A stretch of 64,000 bases of DNA from Asterias rubens (GCF_902459465.1 NC_047083.1:1488001-1552000); one strand, 5' to 3'; positions 23,101 to 49,648 are shown, counted from the stretch's first letter. Program-made: numbers and translations. Notes: generated by a model from the sequence alone, not told the origin.

Positions 23101-24006
23101 AGGCGCCAAAATGCGCCCTTTTCGTCACTCGATAAGTTTTGGAGAATACGTCGTAGGTCGACCGCTGATTGGACGTGAATAATTCCATTGACTGATTACT
23201 ACAACAGCAACCAATGAAAGACCATGTTAAATCAGGGTTCGGGTAAACGTCATCGACCGAACAGTTTAGTATCTGTTGTTTCTTTATATCGACTTCGGAA
23301 ACTGAAGCTTTTGTTGAAGGGTTCCACCATATCACTGGACCGGAACGCAAATCTGAAAATTAAAATTTATTAAAATCGAGTAAAAGACTACTTATAGGCC
23401 TAGGCAGGTTTTTTTATATTATTATTTTTATTGTCAAGAAACCAGTTACCTCACTTGATGTGACTCAACACAAGCACACAATGGCGACCTGTAAACATTT
23501 GTCTATTTTTGGTCATCGAAGTTGCAAAACAATCATTAGAAGAAAAAACACCTTTAATAGTTGCATAGTATTTTGTGCTTTCATGTCTGAGAGTCGGAAC
23601 ACAAGTCTTTACCTTTAACAACAACTGTGACGTCAACTGATTCAATGCTCTCCGCACCTGACCGGATAACTCGGCACCAGTATCGTCCACTGTCGGTCGT
23701 GTCGAGTTGTCCAATGACCAGGCCAAAGCCATGTGAGACCGAGTAGCGGTCACTCTCTGTAAAGTTCTGGCCGGCGCTCGGAGCTGAGTAGCGTAGTACC
23801 AGCGATTCCTTTGCTACCTCCCACGTCTCACCGATAAACCAGTACAGAAGACTCGGTCTCTCGGCCGGTGGGAGACCAACACATGGGATGGGAACATGGC
23901 TGCTGTTCTTAGAAAGTAAGATGTGTTGGTTTTCGGCAGCAGCCACCCTTCCATGGCTTGTTATAGAAAGGAAACACGCGGCCCAGAAAGCAAGTAAAAT
24001 TGCCAT
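19262..24006 (-). CDS. Gene A: type I membrane protein, signal peptide-Ig-Ig-TM-cytoplasmic NHL-like beta-propeller, about 617 aa
   Basis: Exons 24006-23613, 23352-22999, 22110-21940 (TM TIFIILAVILLVCFIALAYFVC), 21409-21344 (66 nt), 20130-19262. All phase-1 GT-AG, total 1854 nt open. Ig motifs IPC..LLYWF..DSGRYWC and LNC..YPNPDLTW..FKC. 5'UTR acceptor at 24032. Confidence 0.85.
20173..20407. mobile_element. gggcccaatttcat-type TIR element (relatives at about 13855-13990, 22125-22545, 24192-24433, 26298-26516, 31030-31160, 31582-31745, 45150-45390, 62466-62656)
   Basis: Ends gggcccaatttc / gaaattgggcc; shared core aaacaggattaccaaccaaat and gcttagcatg. Confidence 0.8.
20480..20842 (-). mobile_element. 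MITE family 1 copy (degenerate)
   Basis: Body matches other copies in reverse; ends ggtctttgacaattgtcagaggtctccagtgccttaa. Confidence 0.75.
21512..21891 (+). mobile_element. MITE family 3 copy (a left-end fragment also at 55091)
   Basis: ttaaaggaacacgttgcattggatcggtcgag ... ccaatccaagtgcccctttaa. Confidence 0.85.
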
Positions 24007-26619
24007 CCTGACTCTCTGATGAACTATACTTGCTGAAGAACAAAAGGGCGGGAACTGTGGAAGTATTACTGCGGAGGAAAAGGGTTATTAAAGATGAGTT
24101 GTTAACTTACTCTTCCCTTTGGTCTTAGTCCAATTAGCCTTTCTAATTGGCATGGTCGGCAATTGACACACAATTATGATTGACAAGAACAGGGCTCAAT
24201 TTCATGGAGCTGCAACGCACACAAATTTACTTAGCATGATTTCTTTGCCTTAATACAAACAAGATTACCAACCACATTTCCACGTGATTTTCAGGACAAG
24301 CAAACAACAACTGAATACCAGTAGCAAGCAATGTGCTACAAACGGAAAATTGGTTGGTAATCCTGTTTTTTATCAAGGGAGAAATTTCATTCTTAGCAAA
24401 ACTCGTGCTTAGCAGCTCTATGAAATTGGGCCCTGTTTGTTGGAAAGTTAGTTGGCGATCGACGGGGCAGCTTGAATTTAAAACATGAAATACTACAGTG
24501 CCTTCATGCACAGTCAGAGTGTCATTGTGGTGTGCTTTTTAATAGTGTAGACCAAACGTTATTATAAATGCTATAGATTCTGTTTTGCACTCTGACGGCT
24601 GCCTGTATTATTTTGTTGTTTGTGACTTTGTTCCGGGTAGGCTACATCCGTGAACTTGCGTGCCCATTACTGTGGTTTTGAATCATTGGTCATGTGCTAA
24701 TGTGTATTTGAAATCTTGCCAATTCATCAAGGATCTGTCGCAAATTGCATATACCACTTCCATGTTCTTTTTTTATTTTTTAATTTTTTTTATTAACATT
24801 GGCCCTTGCCTAGTTTCAAGAATCTTGTATTCACAGGTTGTGAAGATGTGGTGTGTTTAAATTTGTTTTTAGTTGAAACCAAGTTCATAATAATAACGAA
24901 ATACTATTAGTCCCCGATGATACGATGACACGATTGGGATTTCGCACTTCTCTGCTTTGTGATTGGGTCTTGTTTCGAATTTTCCCGATTTTTTAGAAGA
25001 AAGAAATTGCCTATGAGTATGATTGTAGTCTAATAAAAAAATGATAAAATGAAACTGACCCTGCAGAGATTTCGTGAGTGTCGTGTTCAATTCGTGCAAA
25101 CCAACGGACATGACTTTCAGCTCGATGAATCTGTGCTCTAACCCCTAGCCGGCCCTATGGCCTGAACTAAACAGATACAATGACACACCCGCGCATGCGT
25201 CAACACTGTGTACATGTACGTATTGGGAAAAACCTGGGATTTCCCAGATGTGCAATATTTACTTAGTGCTGGTAGGCTGTATGAATTAGCGGCTTACATC
25301 AACGACTACGGCTTCCCGCGTCATCATGCGTTATAGTATAAAGTACTTCCTTATCCACAAACTTAGCAACAGACGTAGCCGTAACTGTATTCGGCAATTC
25401 GGAGCACTTGCATCTTTTCCCTGGAGACCATGTAGAAATATTTTCGATACCATGTGGACATATTTTTAAAAATGGCAAAAACTAAAAGATTGTCCATAAG
25501 AGACTTTGTAAAGATTGGGATCCTGCACAAAGAAAATGTGTACAAAGTCTATACGGGGAAAATGTTCAGTACAGCTTACTGTGACAAAGGGAAAATAACA
25601 ATCCACATGGATACATATTTCAGTCTTCTACAATTGCATACCTCATACCTCATACTCTTATGTGTGCTAGAACGAACTTATATTATAACACACTGTTGTG
25701 ATACATGTTCATGACTGAATTGAACACCGTACTATTTTATTTCTTGCTCCATGTTATGAGTGACTTTCTACGCTTATACTTTCTACGGTTACTACAAATA
25801 CGCAGACAGAAAAAAACTTGTTATTGTGCATTCTGCATAAACGTTCAGATTAAAGAGTTCGGCAACATGACCTTTTGTTGATACAAACACTAGTAACTGA
25901 AAATATCCCTGCAAATTATCATCGAGTCATTATATGAACCTACCTTTAGCACCACGCCTCTTTTTAAATGGTTGCCGTACGCCTACGCCGTAATGTTGCA
26001 CTGCAAACCATGAATAACATGTACTGAACATGTACAATAATAGAAGTACATGTATAGCTGCCTACATTAACTTGCACATGGATATCTGCCTGTGCATAAA
26101 CAGTATACAGATCTACACGTAAACCGGTCGAGGGCGAAAGGTCAAACTTGTGCATGATATTAAATGTCTGTATGGATAGTCAATTTTGTATGAGACGCCT
26201 CATCTGGCAAAAAGTACGGTGACATGTTTTGATAAATGTCACCACTTTAAATAAATATACAGCCTTCTGTCAATTTCTCACTACAGACAAATGACCAGGG
26301 CCCAATTTCATAGAGCTGCTTAGCATGAAATTTTTGCCTCGATAAAAACAGAATTACCAACCAAATTTTCACGTGATTGTCAGGATAAGCAAACGAAAGC
26401 TGAACACCAGTAACAAGCAATATGCAACAACTGAAAATTTGGTTGTTAATCCTGTTTTTATCAAGGAACAAATGTCATGCTAAGCAAATGTTTGTGCTTA
26501 GCAGCTCTATTTGGTCCTGTTCCAGTTAGCAGTGTTGGAATGGAGTTGGGGGTTGTTTCCTTGGCCCTGATGACAATTTTGCTGACTGTCAGTGTCCGTT
26601 GAAAACTTTGGTTTACACA

Positions 26620-26900
26620 GTCTACAAATAAAAGAGGGTTTGTTTTTATACTAATTTTATTGGGGTGTTGCGTATAGGTGTCTGACGGTTGTTTGTGTGT
26701 TTACGTGCTGATGGGGTGTTTGTTTAGGTGCTGATGGGGTGTTTATTTTATGTTAATTTTTTTTTTTTTATGTTGTTTTTATGTTTTTGTTTAACTATTT
26801 AACTGAGTGTTTGTTTATGCTTGTTCAGTTGTTGAGGTGTTGGTTTTTTTGCTTATGTATTGGGGTATTTGTTTGATTGTTTGTTTTCTTTTGTTGGGGG
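26620..26900. repeat. GT-rich low-complexity tract (similar tract at 56220-56360)
   Basis: Repeated ggggtgtttgttt-like words. Confidence 0.7.
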
Positions 26901-27813
26901 AAGTTATGAACTCACACAAAATCTATAAAAAGTCACCTACGTTCTCCGATCGAATTTGAAGATTTCTCCCCTAGTTAAAGTTGAAAAACACAAAACAACA
27001 GTCGGTATATCCTTTGTCTTCCTACAAGAAATATAATTCGAAAATTTTTGGCCTTGGACACACTTGAAGGGTCGTTCAAGAGATTCCAGCATTGGGCCCT
27101 CTGGACTGAAATCATAACAAGAAATGAAAATTTAAAAACTTATTTCTGAAACATACTTTAAAGAAACCTAAGACCTCCTTTTATGTCAGGGTTATAAAAA
27201 GTAACCAACATCCACCCCCGGCTCACCTCCTCGCCATACGGCAAGGTATTGTTTTTCAAGCGTTACCTCCTCCCCAAACGAGACCCGACACCGCGGGTTC
27301 GAACACCTAGAATGCAAACACTGATCACGAGGATGACGACACATGGGTATAGGATGTATCGCTATACTGGTATGAGTTACACTTTAGGTCGGGTTCCTAA
27401 TCGATGCACAACGTGTGACAGTCTTTCATAAAAAGAGTTAATACTTATATTTATAAGACATCTGAATCGTTGTCAAATTTTGACAAAAAGTAACTTCAGT
27501 GTCGCCCTCAAATGGAAAATTTGTAGCTGTGTGGGGCTCACATCCGGCCGGGAATAACATTTTTACCTGGAATGCTGACTTTGAAACTTGGTTTCCGTTG
27601 GATTTGATATTAACGTAACCGAGAGAGTTATGCACAAAGTGACCGAATACGGAGAAAATCCCTAGTGATCAAGATAAGGGTTCTTGAGCAGTGGAGTCAT
27701 TTACTCACCATCAGCAGAAAACCATCATTGGTGCAGCTCGTCTCGGAGTATTGTTCCTCTTAAAGTCGCGACCTCGAAAGCTGATCATCAAGGTTTTACG
27801 ACGCTCTTGAAAA

Positions 27814-30800
27814 ATGAGCGTGACGGAGACGAAAGGCTACCGGGAGGGAGGCTGGGGTTGGCCCGTTGTATTTTCCGTCTTCCTGTCCCAGTTTATACTC
27901 TACGGAAACCTCAAAGCAACCGGTGTTCTCATCACTCATATCCACCAGGATTACAAAACCAGTCTGTGGACGATTGGTCTGATTAATTCACTCTATTATG
28001 CGATGCAGTTTTTACTGTGTAAGTTTTTGGAAAGGTTTGCGGTAACACCATGTTTAATGGCTACACTGTAAAAAAAAAAATAAAAAAAAACCCGTAAAAT
28101 TTAAGGTGCTTACTGGCAAGCTATATGGTGCCAGGTACAGTGCAGTGGAAGTTTTGTAACTTGTGCCTTGAAGGGGTTGTTTGCAAAACTTCCACTGTGA
28201 AATTTACTGCACTTTACCTAGTTGCCAGGTAAAGCACCTTAATTTTTACGTTTTTTTTTTTATTTTTATATATTTTTTTACAGTGATCTATAAATGAGTT
28301 GGGGTGGTTCTGAAAAGAACCGTTGGTTGTATTTGAATATTGTGTATTAATTTTGTTGTGCATGTTTTGTTATTGCTGTCTTAAGCCTTGGAGAAAGAAT
28401 TTTTTTATTTTTTTTAAATTTTCATTTATACCATCGGCCCATTATATTTGGTCGGCAAGTTGTTTGCAACAGCTACTTTTATTTTCTTACTTTTTTTTTT
28501 TAACTACAAATAATTTGTCATTGTGTGTACTTTTTCAGAATGCTTTAATCATTAGGGTGTGGGTCAAGCAGCCGACTCACGAAACGCTAGGATTAATCTC
28601 GGGCTAGGACGAGTAACCCGTCATAATTTAAGATGGGTTCAATGCGTCCTACGTCTATGGATGCAGAACTGAACTTGTCCAAAGATTAAATCTAAAGCTA
28701 GAAAGAGTTTGGTGAAATCGTCGGCTGGGAAAACCTCGTCATATTCTTTTCTCAGACCATTATTCAAAAATAAGAACTGTGCCGCCCAAACACAGTTTAC
28801 CCGTAAAACAATCTGCCTTCCGACCGCGCCCAGTGGATCCAGCAGTACATCGCCACGGAGTGATAAGACGCCACTATAGACGTAGTGACCTCTGACGTCA
28901 CACGAAAACCATAACATGATTCGCGCGCATACCGCCGGGCAAAACCTTTGTGTTTTGGCAGCCAGCTAGAAAGAGTACGCAATCTTACAATGATCGACTA
29001 CGCAACTCGGTGCCCGGCGAAACATGACGTATAATATAGTGTTTTGTCAACAGAGGGCGGTTTGAATGTAAACATAGGTCACATCGTCTATGTTAAGCCC
29101 TTTTCACACTGTATCCCCGTGGAATACATCCCCGGTGATGCCTCGGGTCTTTTTTACCCCATGGTTTACCCCGACGCACTTACTTTCACACTGTATCCCT
29201 ATTTCACGGGGTTCTGGTCGCACGTTCCAAGAACACTTATAGAGGTTTTTTTTGTCAGGAGTAGGGGTGGGTGGCTATTCCCCGGGCAGACAGAGGGCAG
29301 ACCAGGGGTAAAGCAATCACAGTGTGAAAAGGGTGACCGTTATTTCCAGGGGGCAACCCCAGGAGTAGTAATGTGAAAAGGGTTTTATTGTTGTTTTAAA
29401 GAAAGTATTTTTGTTTTATTCAGCACCATTTCCTGTGGCCGTCTCCCATCGGGTCGGTGTCCGTCCAGTCATTGTAACTGGTGGTATCTTGAGTGGTCTT
29501 GGACTCGCCATCGCATCGCAGAGTCACAGTGTCCCCGTCTTAGCTGTTGCCATGGTTGCACTTGCAGGTAAACAAAAATAATATTTAACTCAAAAACTCA
29601 CAAAAAGGCCGTGTCCGAAACGGAGTCTTCGGCTACAGTTACGGCTACTGTAGTTCTCCTTTCCTTTAAAATGGGTAATCTTGACGCTAGGTGGCAGCAT
29701 ATTAACTGATATTTTAATATCATTTATAAGCTGTCACCGACGATCAGAGCATACTGATCGAAACGTCGAGTTAATCCAACGGTTCTTTTCAGAACCACCC
29801 CAACTCATTTAGAGATTGTTATTACATGGTGTTACCGCAAACTCTTCTATATCTTATTTCCACCATGCAAAGTTTCAAATCCTACTTAACAATTTAACTA
29901 TTCACTTCACAGGAATGTTTTTAAGAGCTGGTAGTTAAAGTCTCCATTTTGCTTTAAGACTCTATCTAATGGGAGACTTTTGGGACGCTTGGTGGCAGCA
30001 GACTTACCAGGTAAAATCAATTGTTCTCGGTAATGTGCGTGTGCTCAGAACTACGTAAACAATTGAAATTTACCTGGTAAGTCTGCTGCCACCTAGCGTT
30101 CCAAAGTCTCCCATTGAATGTTATCTTTTCCGAAAGTGTTTGTGTTTGATTTCTTCAACTATTAATCTGGCTCTTTGATTGATCAGGTACGGGTGCAGCG
30201 TGTGTGAAGGAACCACTGTTTTCCCAGATGGCCCTCTACTTTCACGAGAAGTACGCCTTCGTATCATTCCTTGCTAAGATGGGTGCCCCGTTCGGAATGA
30301 TGGTCTACGGTCCAGCAACGCAAGCACTGACTGAATACTACGGTTGGCGTGGAGCTCTGCTCATCCTCGCCGGGCTGAGCTTCAATCTCACGGTATGCGG
30401 TTTGCTCATTTGCCGCTCATCAAGCTCAAGATTCAAACGAGCGCCCTCTGTTGCCCTAAGGATGTCGGATTATCAAGACTTGGACAGGTTAGATGAGGAA
30501 GATAGGAGGCTTTATTATTGCTGCAGTCAGTTAATCTCAACCATGGGATTAGCTGTATTTAAAGACGTACGGTTCATACTTATAACTATGATAAAGCTGT
30601 TCAGCGGATTCGGCTATGCTGGGATTGTCATCTACATGGTTCCGAACGCGTTGTCTCTAGGGCTAGACGCGCACCAGTCCTCCTTCGATACAACAGCGTG
30701 GGGAATTGGCAACCTTCTCGGGCTCTCCTTCGCTACGTTGGTGATGCACACAAAAGTGCTATCCGAATGTTCAGTGATGGGGATTGGGACAAGTCTAGCT

Positions 30801-31394
30801 GTCATTGGATATGTGCTGGATCCTTTTATCGCATCCTTTGTAGGGCAGATGGTCGTGACTGCCATTATAGGGGCCGGGACAGAGAGTCTGTTCCTAGTCT
30901 CCATTATATTAACCCGGTACCTGACTAATGCTGATAACAGAGTGGTCTTTCTTTACACGTGGCAAAACTTCATCACAGGACTGTCTTACCCCGTCTCTGG
31001 ATTTGTATCAGGTGAGATATTCATTCATGCTAAGCACAAACATTTGCTTAGCATGACATTTCATCTTTGTTCAAAGTAGGATTACCAACCAAATTTTCAT
31101 TTTTTGCATATTGCTTGATACTGGTATCCAGCTGCTGAAAGTCACGAGGAAACTTGGTATAATCTAGTGTCTTGAAAAGGCGTATAATTGAAGGCCCGTT
31201 GAAATGATCAAAACACCAACCCAATGAACATTCATAGTTTAAATAACGCATTTTCTCGTTTTACAGGATATCTGTTCGAGATAACTGGAGACTTCAAGGT
31301 TACCTTCTTTGTGTATAGCGGCACAATGCTAGTAACGGGAATTAGTATCATACTGTACTATGTTTACACCAACTATAAGAAGTCAGCCAAATAA
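27814..31394 (+). CDS. MFS transporter, SLC16/monocarboxylate-transporter-like, about 433 aa
   Basis: Exons 27814-28018, 29424-29567, 30187-31011, 31267-31394 (1302 nt, phase-1 introns). N-terminal EGGWGWPVV signature typical of SLC16, many TM helices, YFHEKY and GWRGALLILAG motifs. Confidence 0.9.
28874..29090 (+). mobile_element. Dispersed TIR element; an inverted copy occupies 1-190
   Basis: Ends catagacg / cgtctatg; 28880-29086 is the reverse complement of window positions 1-190. Confidence 0.8.
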
Positions 31395-31900
31395 GCTTGT
31401 CAACAACATGAGGTCACTGTCTTCTCAAAGGTCACTTCCGCATAGAAGTCATCACAGAGAGAATAGGGTCAAGGGTCATAGGAACGAATTCATAAACGTT
31501 CAACTTATTCGAGCTATCCTAAAGGACATGCATTATAATGAGGTCATTACACCATTCAGAATGGTTCACCATTGATCTTGGCCCAATTTCATTGTTGCTG
31601 AAGAAGAAAAAACGCTTAAAATTTATATGAACAGGATACCAGCCACAGATTGTACACATGTCATGGTAGTTTAGTTTCCTAAATGTTTTAAGCATAATGT
31701 TTGTGTGCTTCAGCTACTTTTTAAATGTCATAGAGCTGCTTAAAAGCATTGAGCCATCTTGAATACACCTGTCCTTTCAAGAACATTTTTCCTACCTGGA
31801 GTGGTGTCTTCCACAAGACATCAAATAATTATCGGCTCAATGCACACGCATGCTCAGGGAACCAAGCTTTGCTTCTTAATGGGTCCCTTCACAGGTTCAT

Positions 31901-32070
31901 TAGTCTTGGTGCAAGACGTTTCTCGTTTCCCTTTTCACGCACACCGCGGCCAATTCACCAACAGCGCCCGCACCGACTCAATCCGCACCGACTCACGGTG
32001 CGGGCGCTGTTGGTGAATTGGCCGCGGTGTGCGTGAAAAGGGAAACGAGAAACGTCTTGCACCAAGACTA
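31901..32070. mobile_element. Fold-back element with 75-bp perfect inverted arms and a 9-bp target duplication (Mutator-like MITE)
   Basis: Arms 31901-31975 and 31996-32070 are exact reverse complements; caggttcat directly flanks both sides. Confidence 0.85.
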
Positions 32071-32444
32071 CAGGTTCATAAATGACCATGCTTAATCTTT
32101 ATTTAATTAATCTTATCAAACAACTTTTTATCTCCAAACTTCAAATTTACATTGCCTTTGATTTGAGATTGATTTCGATTTAGTCACTGTGGAAATAAAC
32201 TGAGTGATTGATTGGCTGATAACATTTTTAGTTTGGTCACCGGTGTGGCAGGATATTCTGTGAACTCTATTTTCACTTCAGTCTCGAAACCTAAATCGAA
32301 GAGTTCAATCTAAACTGAATATTTATTCCATAGCGTCAGTGGTTTAGACAGTACTGGTTTGAGAACGAAGGGATACAAACGAATGATTAATAAGGAAACA
32401 AGTTTTATATGTCAGAGTTTGCTTTCATTCATTTCGAATCAAAG

Positions 32445-45600
<13,156 letters not shown>

Positions 45601-46965
45601 GACGCCGTGGCAGAATGAAATATCGACAAAAAGTGGGAACAAACACCCAAACCCTTAAATTGTACAGAGCAAAATTATAAACTGTGTTTTTCTTTGAGGG
45701 GGGGGGGGGATCCACCCCTTAAACGCAGAACAGCAGAAGTGGGAGCAACTCCGCCCTCTATAAGCTAGTTAAACATAATATACGAACGCGTATGGACTGG
45801 ACGGGATATGCACGTTAATAATAAACTCCACAACATTTTTTTTTGTACATCATTGTAATAATATAAAGTGGGAGGGGATCCGCCCCCCTGAATGGCAAAC
45901 TTAGATACAAAAGCAAACGGGAAATCTTACGAGACTAATGCACAAAACAATCATCGTTTTGTGCTAAAATCGTTTTTTTTTTCAGCCAACACCTTTGACG
46001 CAAAATGGCAGTGTAAAATAAATGTTGGTTATTTATGTTTGCCATCGGTATGACCAACTCTGGTCTTCAGTGTTTGACTCAAACTCTTGTATTTCTGACC
46101 AGTTGAGTGTATGGGGTTCGAGTCCCAGTCCTGACACTCGTGTCCTTAAGCAAGACACCTATACTACACCATATAATACTTAATTAATACACTGAAACAT
46201 CATTTAGGAAAAACATGAACACACGAACTGTTGGACTCTGATTATGGTGGTATGCCTAACCCCATGTAAAGCATAATACATGTAGTCAGTTTTACTAACA
46301 GCTGTGCAACCTCAGTCCACTGCAATAGGAGACTTTCCAACGCTAGGCGGCAGCAGACATACCGGGTAAATTTCCATTGTTTACGTAGTTCTGAACATGC
46401 GCATAATTCTGAGAACAATGGATTTACCCGGTAAGTCTGCTGCCCTCTATCGTCCCAGAAAGTCTCCCATTGAATTTAACACCCGATGTTACTGGTTAGA
46501 GCTCGATTTTCATTTAACCTCTGAAGTGAATAATTATAAATTTTCAATGCATTCGACCGAGTTTTTTTCTTCTTCTCGGTATTTTAATGAAAGTGTTTAG
46601 ATATTCAGGAAATAAGATATGCAGAAGTACATTTATGAATATAAAGTTAACAGAGTGTGCATGTTTTTGGGTTGCCTGTTTTTGTTTAACCTAATCTGTA
46701 ATAATATGTGCACTGGATGCAAATTCTCATAAGAATTGTTGTGCAGTGTTCGAATAACAACACAGGGAGAAGTTCATACGTGGTTTAGTTACAGATTGGT
46801 TTCGTGAGCGTACAAACTGCGAGCGTCATGTGCGTCATGTTTAAAAGGCGCGTATATTTTTTAAGTACGTCAATCAAGTCGAACGTACGGTTTTCCTAGC
46901 GCGGACAGACGCGAATGGGCAGTCGCGTACGTAACTGAGCGCACACGCCGAATGTAAAAAAAATG

Positions 46966-47328
46966 TAGTCTGGTTCCCTGACCAAAGATTCTTTGACGTC
47001 TCTTGTTAAAAATCTTAGCCCAGGTATCACCCACGGTTCAAAAAAAAGCATGACGCAACTTGTCAGGGTCGGGGGTCATCTCCAAGGAAACCATGTCTGC
47101 ACGTACTACTAATTGCGATAACGTAACCCTCCTCCCAACGGCCGCCAGACCGGAGGGTTACGAGATTATTTTGATCGTCAATTAATGACAATCTGGTTCA
47201 ACACGTATAATTTCGACAGCTAGTCACCAGATTTTGCCCTATTTTTACCACTTTTAAAAATCATGAAACTTAATCCTCATCTCCGACTAGAGCCTAGTCG
47301 GAGATTTTTGGGTCTGGGAGCCAGACTA
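46966..47328. mobile_element. TIR-bounded element (tagtctgg ends) with an internal hairpin
   Basis: tagtctggttccctgacc ... ggtctgggagccagacta; internal ctccgactag-agc-ctagtcggag. Confidence 0.65.
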
Positions 47329-48204
47329 AAAAAACCGCGGCTATGTAAATTAAAATCGTTCCGTAGTCACGCAACACATCAAACATGTCGGCGCCCAGAG
47401 GGTGGCTTCAAAACGCGGAGCAAGTTAGCGCTCTAGTCAATATATATAGCTCTATGGTCTCGCTTTTGTTCGGATGCATTGGTATGCGAACTGCATTTTC
47501 AACTTATTACGACCCAAAGCACACTACACGCATGTTTCTCTGTCATAACAATGGCAGCACAATAAACATTAATACGCAAAGAATTCAGTTCAACGTTATC
47601 AACGTTCAAAGTGCAGCATACATTATGTGCGTGGGTGCGCCTATGTGGGTTTTTTTAACGAGCAGCGAGCAAATTTCTTTTGAACCCTTTTTAAAGGTAG
47701 AATTGCGCGCCACTTTTTTGTATTAGTTTATAGTCGCCATTTTAACTCCACTGTACCAAGAAATACAATTCAAACTGGTTTTTAATTTATCTGTCGTATT
47801 ATTTGTATATCTGTTTATGATTAATGAATAAAACAAACAAACCACCAGGAACAAAATCCCATTGAACCCAACTGAATTTTATTTATATATTTATTTATTT
47901 CCTTTATTTACCCAGGGTGAGCCATACCAGTAAAAAAACTGGTTTCCATTTGGGCCCTGCGAACAAACTAACATGTTAAAAGTAAACATAAAATCACATG
48001 ATAAAATTACGATATAAAAATTACGTAAAATATTTAAGAATGTTACGGAAAATTTAAAGCAATATTAACAAAAAATTTGAGTAATAAAAAAAAATAATCC
48101 CAACTGAATCCGTTTGAACCCTTTCTTAAAACAATGCATTGAAACCCCATTTAAAAAAAATCAATTGAACATTTTCTGAAAATATTTTTTCAGCTATGGC
48201 ATCT

Positions 48205-48579
48205 TTAAAGCCATTGGACCCTTTCGGTTCAGAAAAAAAAATAAAAGTTCACAGATTTACAAATAACTTACAGGGTTTAGAGAAGGCAATGGTGAAAGAC
48301 TTCTCTTGAAATATTATTCCATGAAATGCTTTACTTTTTGAGAAAACAGCAAAACAATATAAATCGTCGTTAACGAGAATTACGGATTTATTTTAAACAC
48401 ATGCCATGACACGGCGAAACGCGCGGAAACAAGGGTGGGTTTTTCCGTTGTTTTCTCCCGACTCCGATGACCGATTGGAGCCTAAATTTTCACAGGTTTG
48501 TTATTTGATATAGAAGTTGTGGTACACAAAGTGTGGGCCTTGGACAACACTGTTTACCGAAAGGGTCCAATGGCTTTAA
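48205..48579 (+). mobile_element. TTAA-flanked MITE family 4
   Basis: ttaaagccattggaccctttcgg ... ccgaaagggtccaatggctttaa; perfect TIRs. Confidence 0.9.
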
Positions 48580-49233
48580 GGTGGGGAAGTCCCTTTTTGT
48601 TGAAGCGACATCATTGTTTGGTGTGTTGAGCTAATGGTAATACCGCTATTTTGCTTCAAAGTCAAACGTTTCAACCATTACACAGTTTTCAACGTGAGTA
48701 TGATGATAAGTTTAACAGTACTGTTGCCATTTGTACTTATAGGCTTGCTATAGTTAATGATGTATGTATATTTAAAACTACATCGAGAACACTGAGCCAT
48801 CCAAATGTTCGGCGGCCAGTTGGATATTTGATCAGTCCTAGTGCACGCTCATGCTCTATGCTCATACAAAGGCAGTGCACTGGGATGGGCTGATAAAAAA
48901 AAACAGACATGCGTATGCGTGTATACATGCGCATATACCATTCATCTGACCTTATGGCCCCCGGTCGATCGATTCGACTATCAGTATTATTGTGGCTCTT
49001 CTATAAAACAGCCATGAAAGGATGATCTCAAATATATAGATATTACAGTTTTCTAATAGCTGGGGTCCATAGGAAACATACAAAAAATACAACGAATCTT
49101 TTACCTCGCGTTAAAACTTGGTAAAAATGGTTTTTCTCCAGAACGCTCCAAGCCAAATTTCTGAAAAAGGCGGGGTAAAATGAACCATTAAATCATGGCG
49201 CGTGACGTCATCGGTGGCTAAATTATGGAATTA

Positions 49234-49648
49234 TAATAATAATAATAATAATAATAATGAAAACTTATAAAGCGCACAAATCCACAGAAGTGCTCATGGC
49301 GCTAAAATACAAACAATAGCATTAATTAATATACAATAACAACAACACAAATTAAAATGTAAACCTAAGTTGAGAGAAATCTAGAACATGTGGTATAGAA
49401 TACAATAATACAAATGCAATATTTAAGAAAAAACATCCTAAAAGGTAACAAAAATAACAATAATTAAACTATTGAATCAAATTTCTGTTTGAAGAGATGT
49501 GTTTTCAGTTGTTTTTTAAATTGGGTCAAAGAAACGGATGATTTTACTAGTGCAGGCAGTTTGTTCCATAGACGAGGGGCAGCATGTGAAAAAGATCGGT
49601 CTCCCCATGAATGTTTGGAAATGGGCTCAATAAGGAGGCTAGAATTAT
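49234..49648 (-). mobile_element. L2/CR1-group LINE 3' end
   Basis: Minus strand encodes WGDRSFSHAAPRLWNKLP..SLTQFKKQLKTHLF (stop at 49464), the typical L2 ORF2 C-terminus, followed by gcgctttataag and a (TAT)n tail. Confidence 0.85.

Noticed and set aside
47385-47726. 113-aa ORF in the D-C intergenic region
   Set aside because: No recognisable motif, splice context or paralogue.
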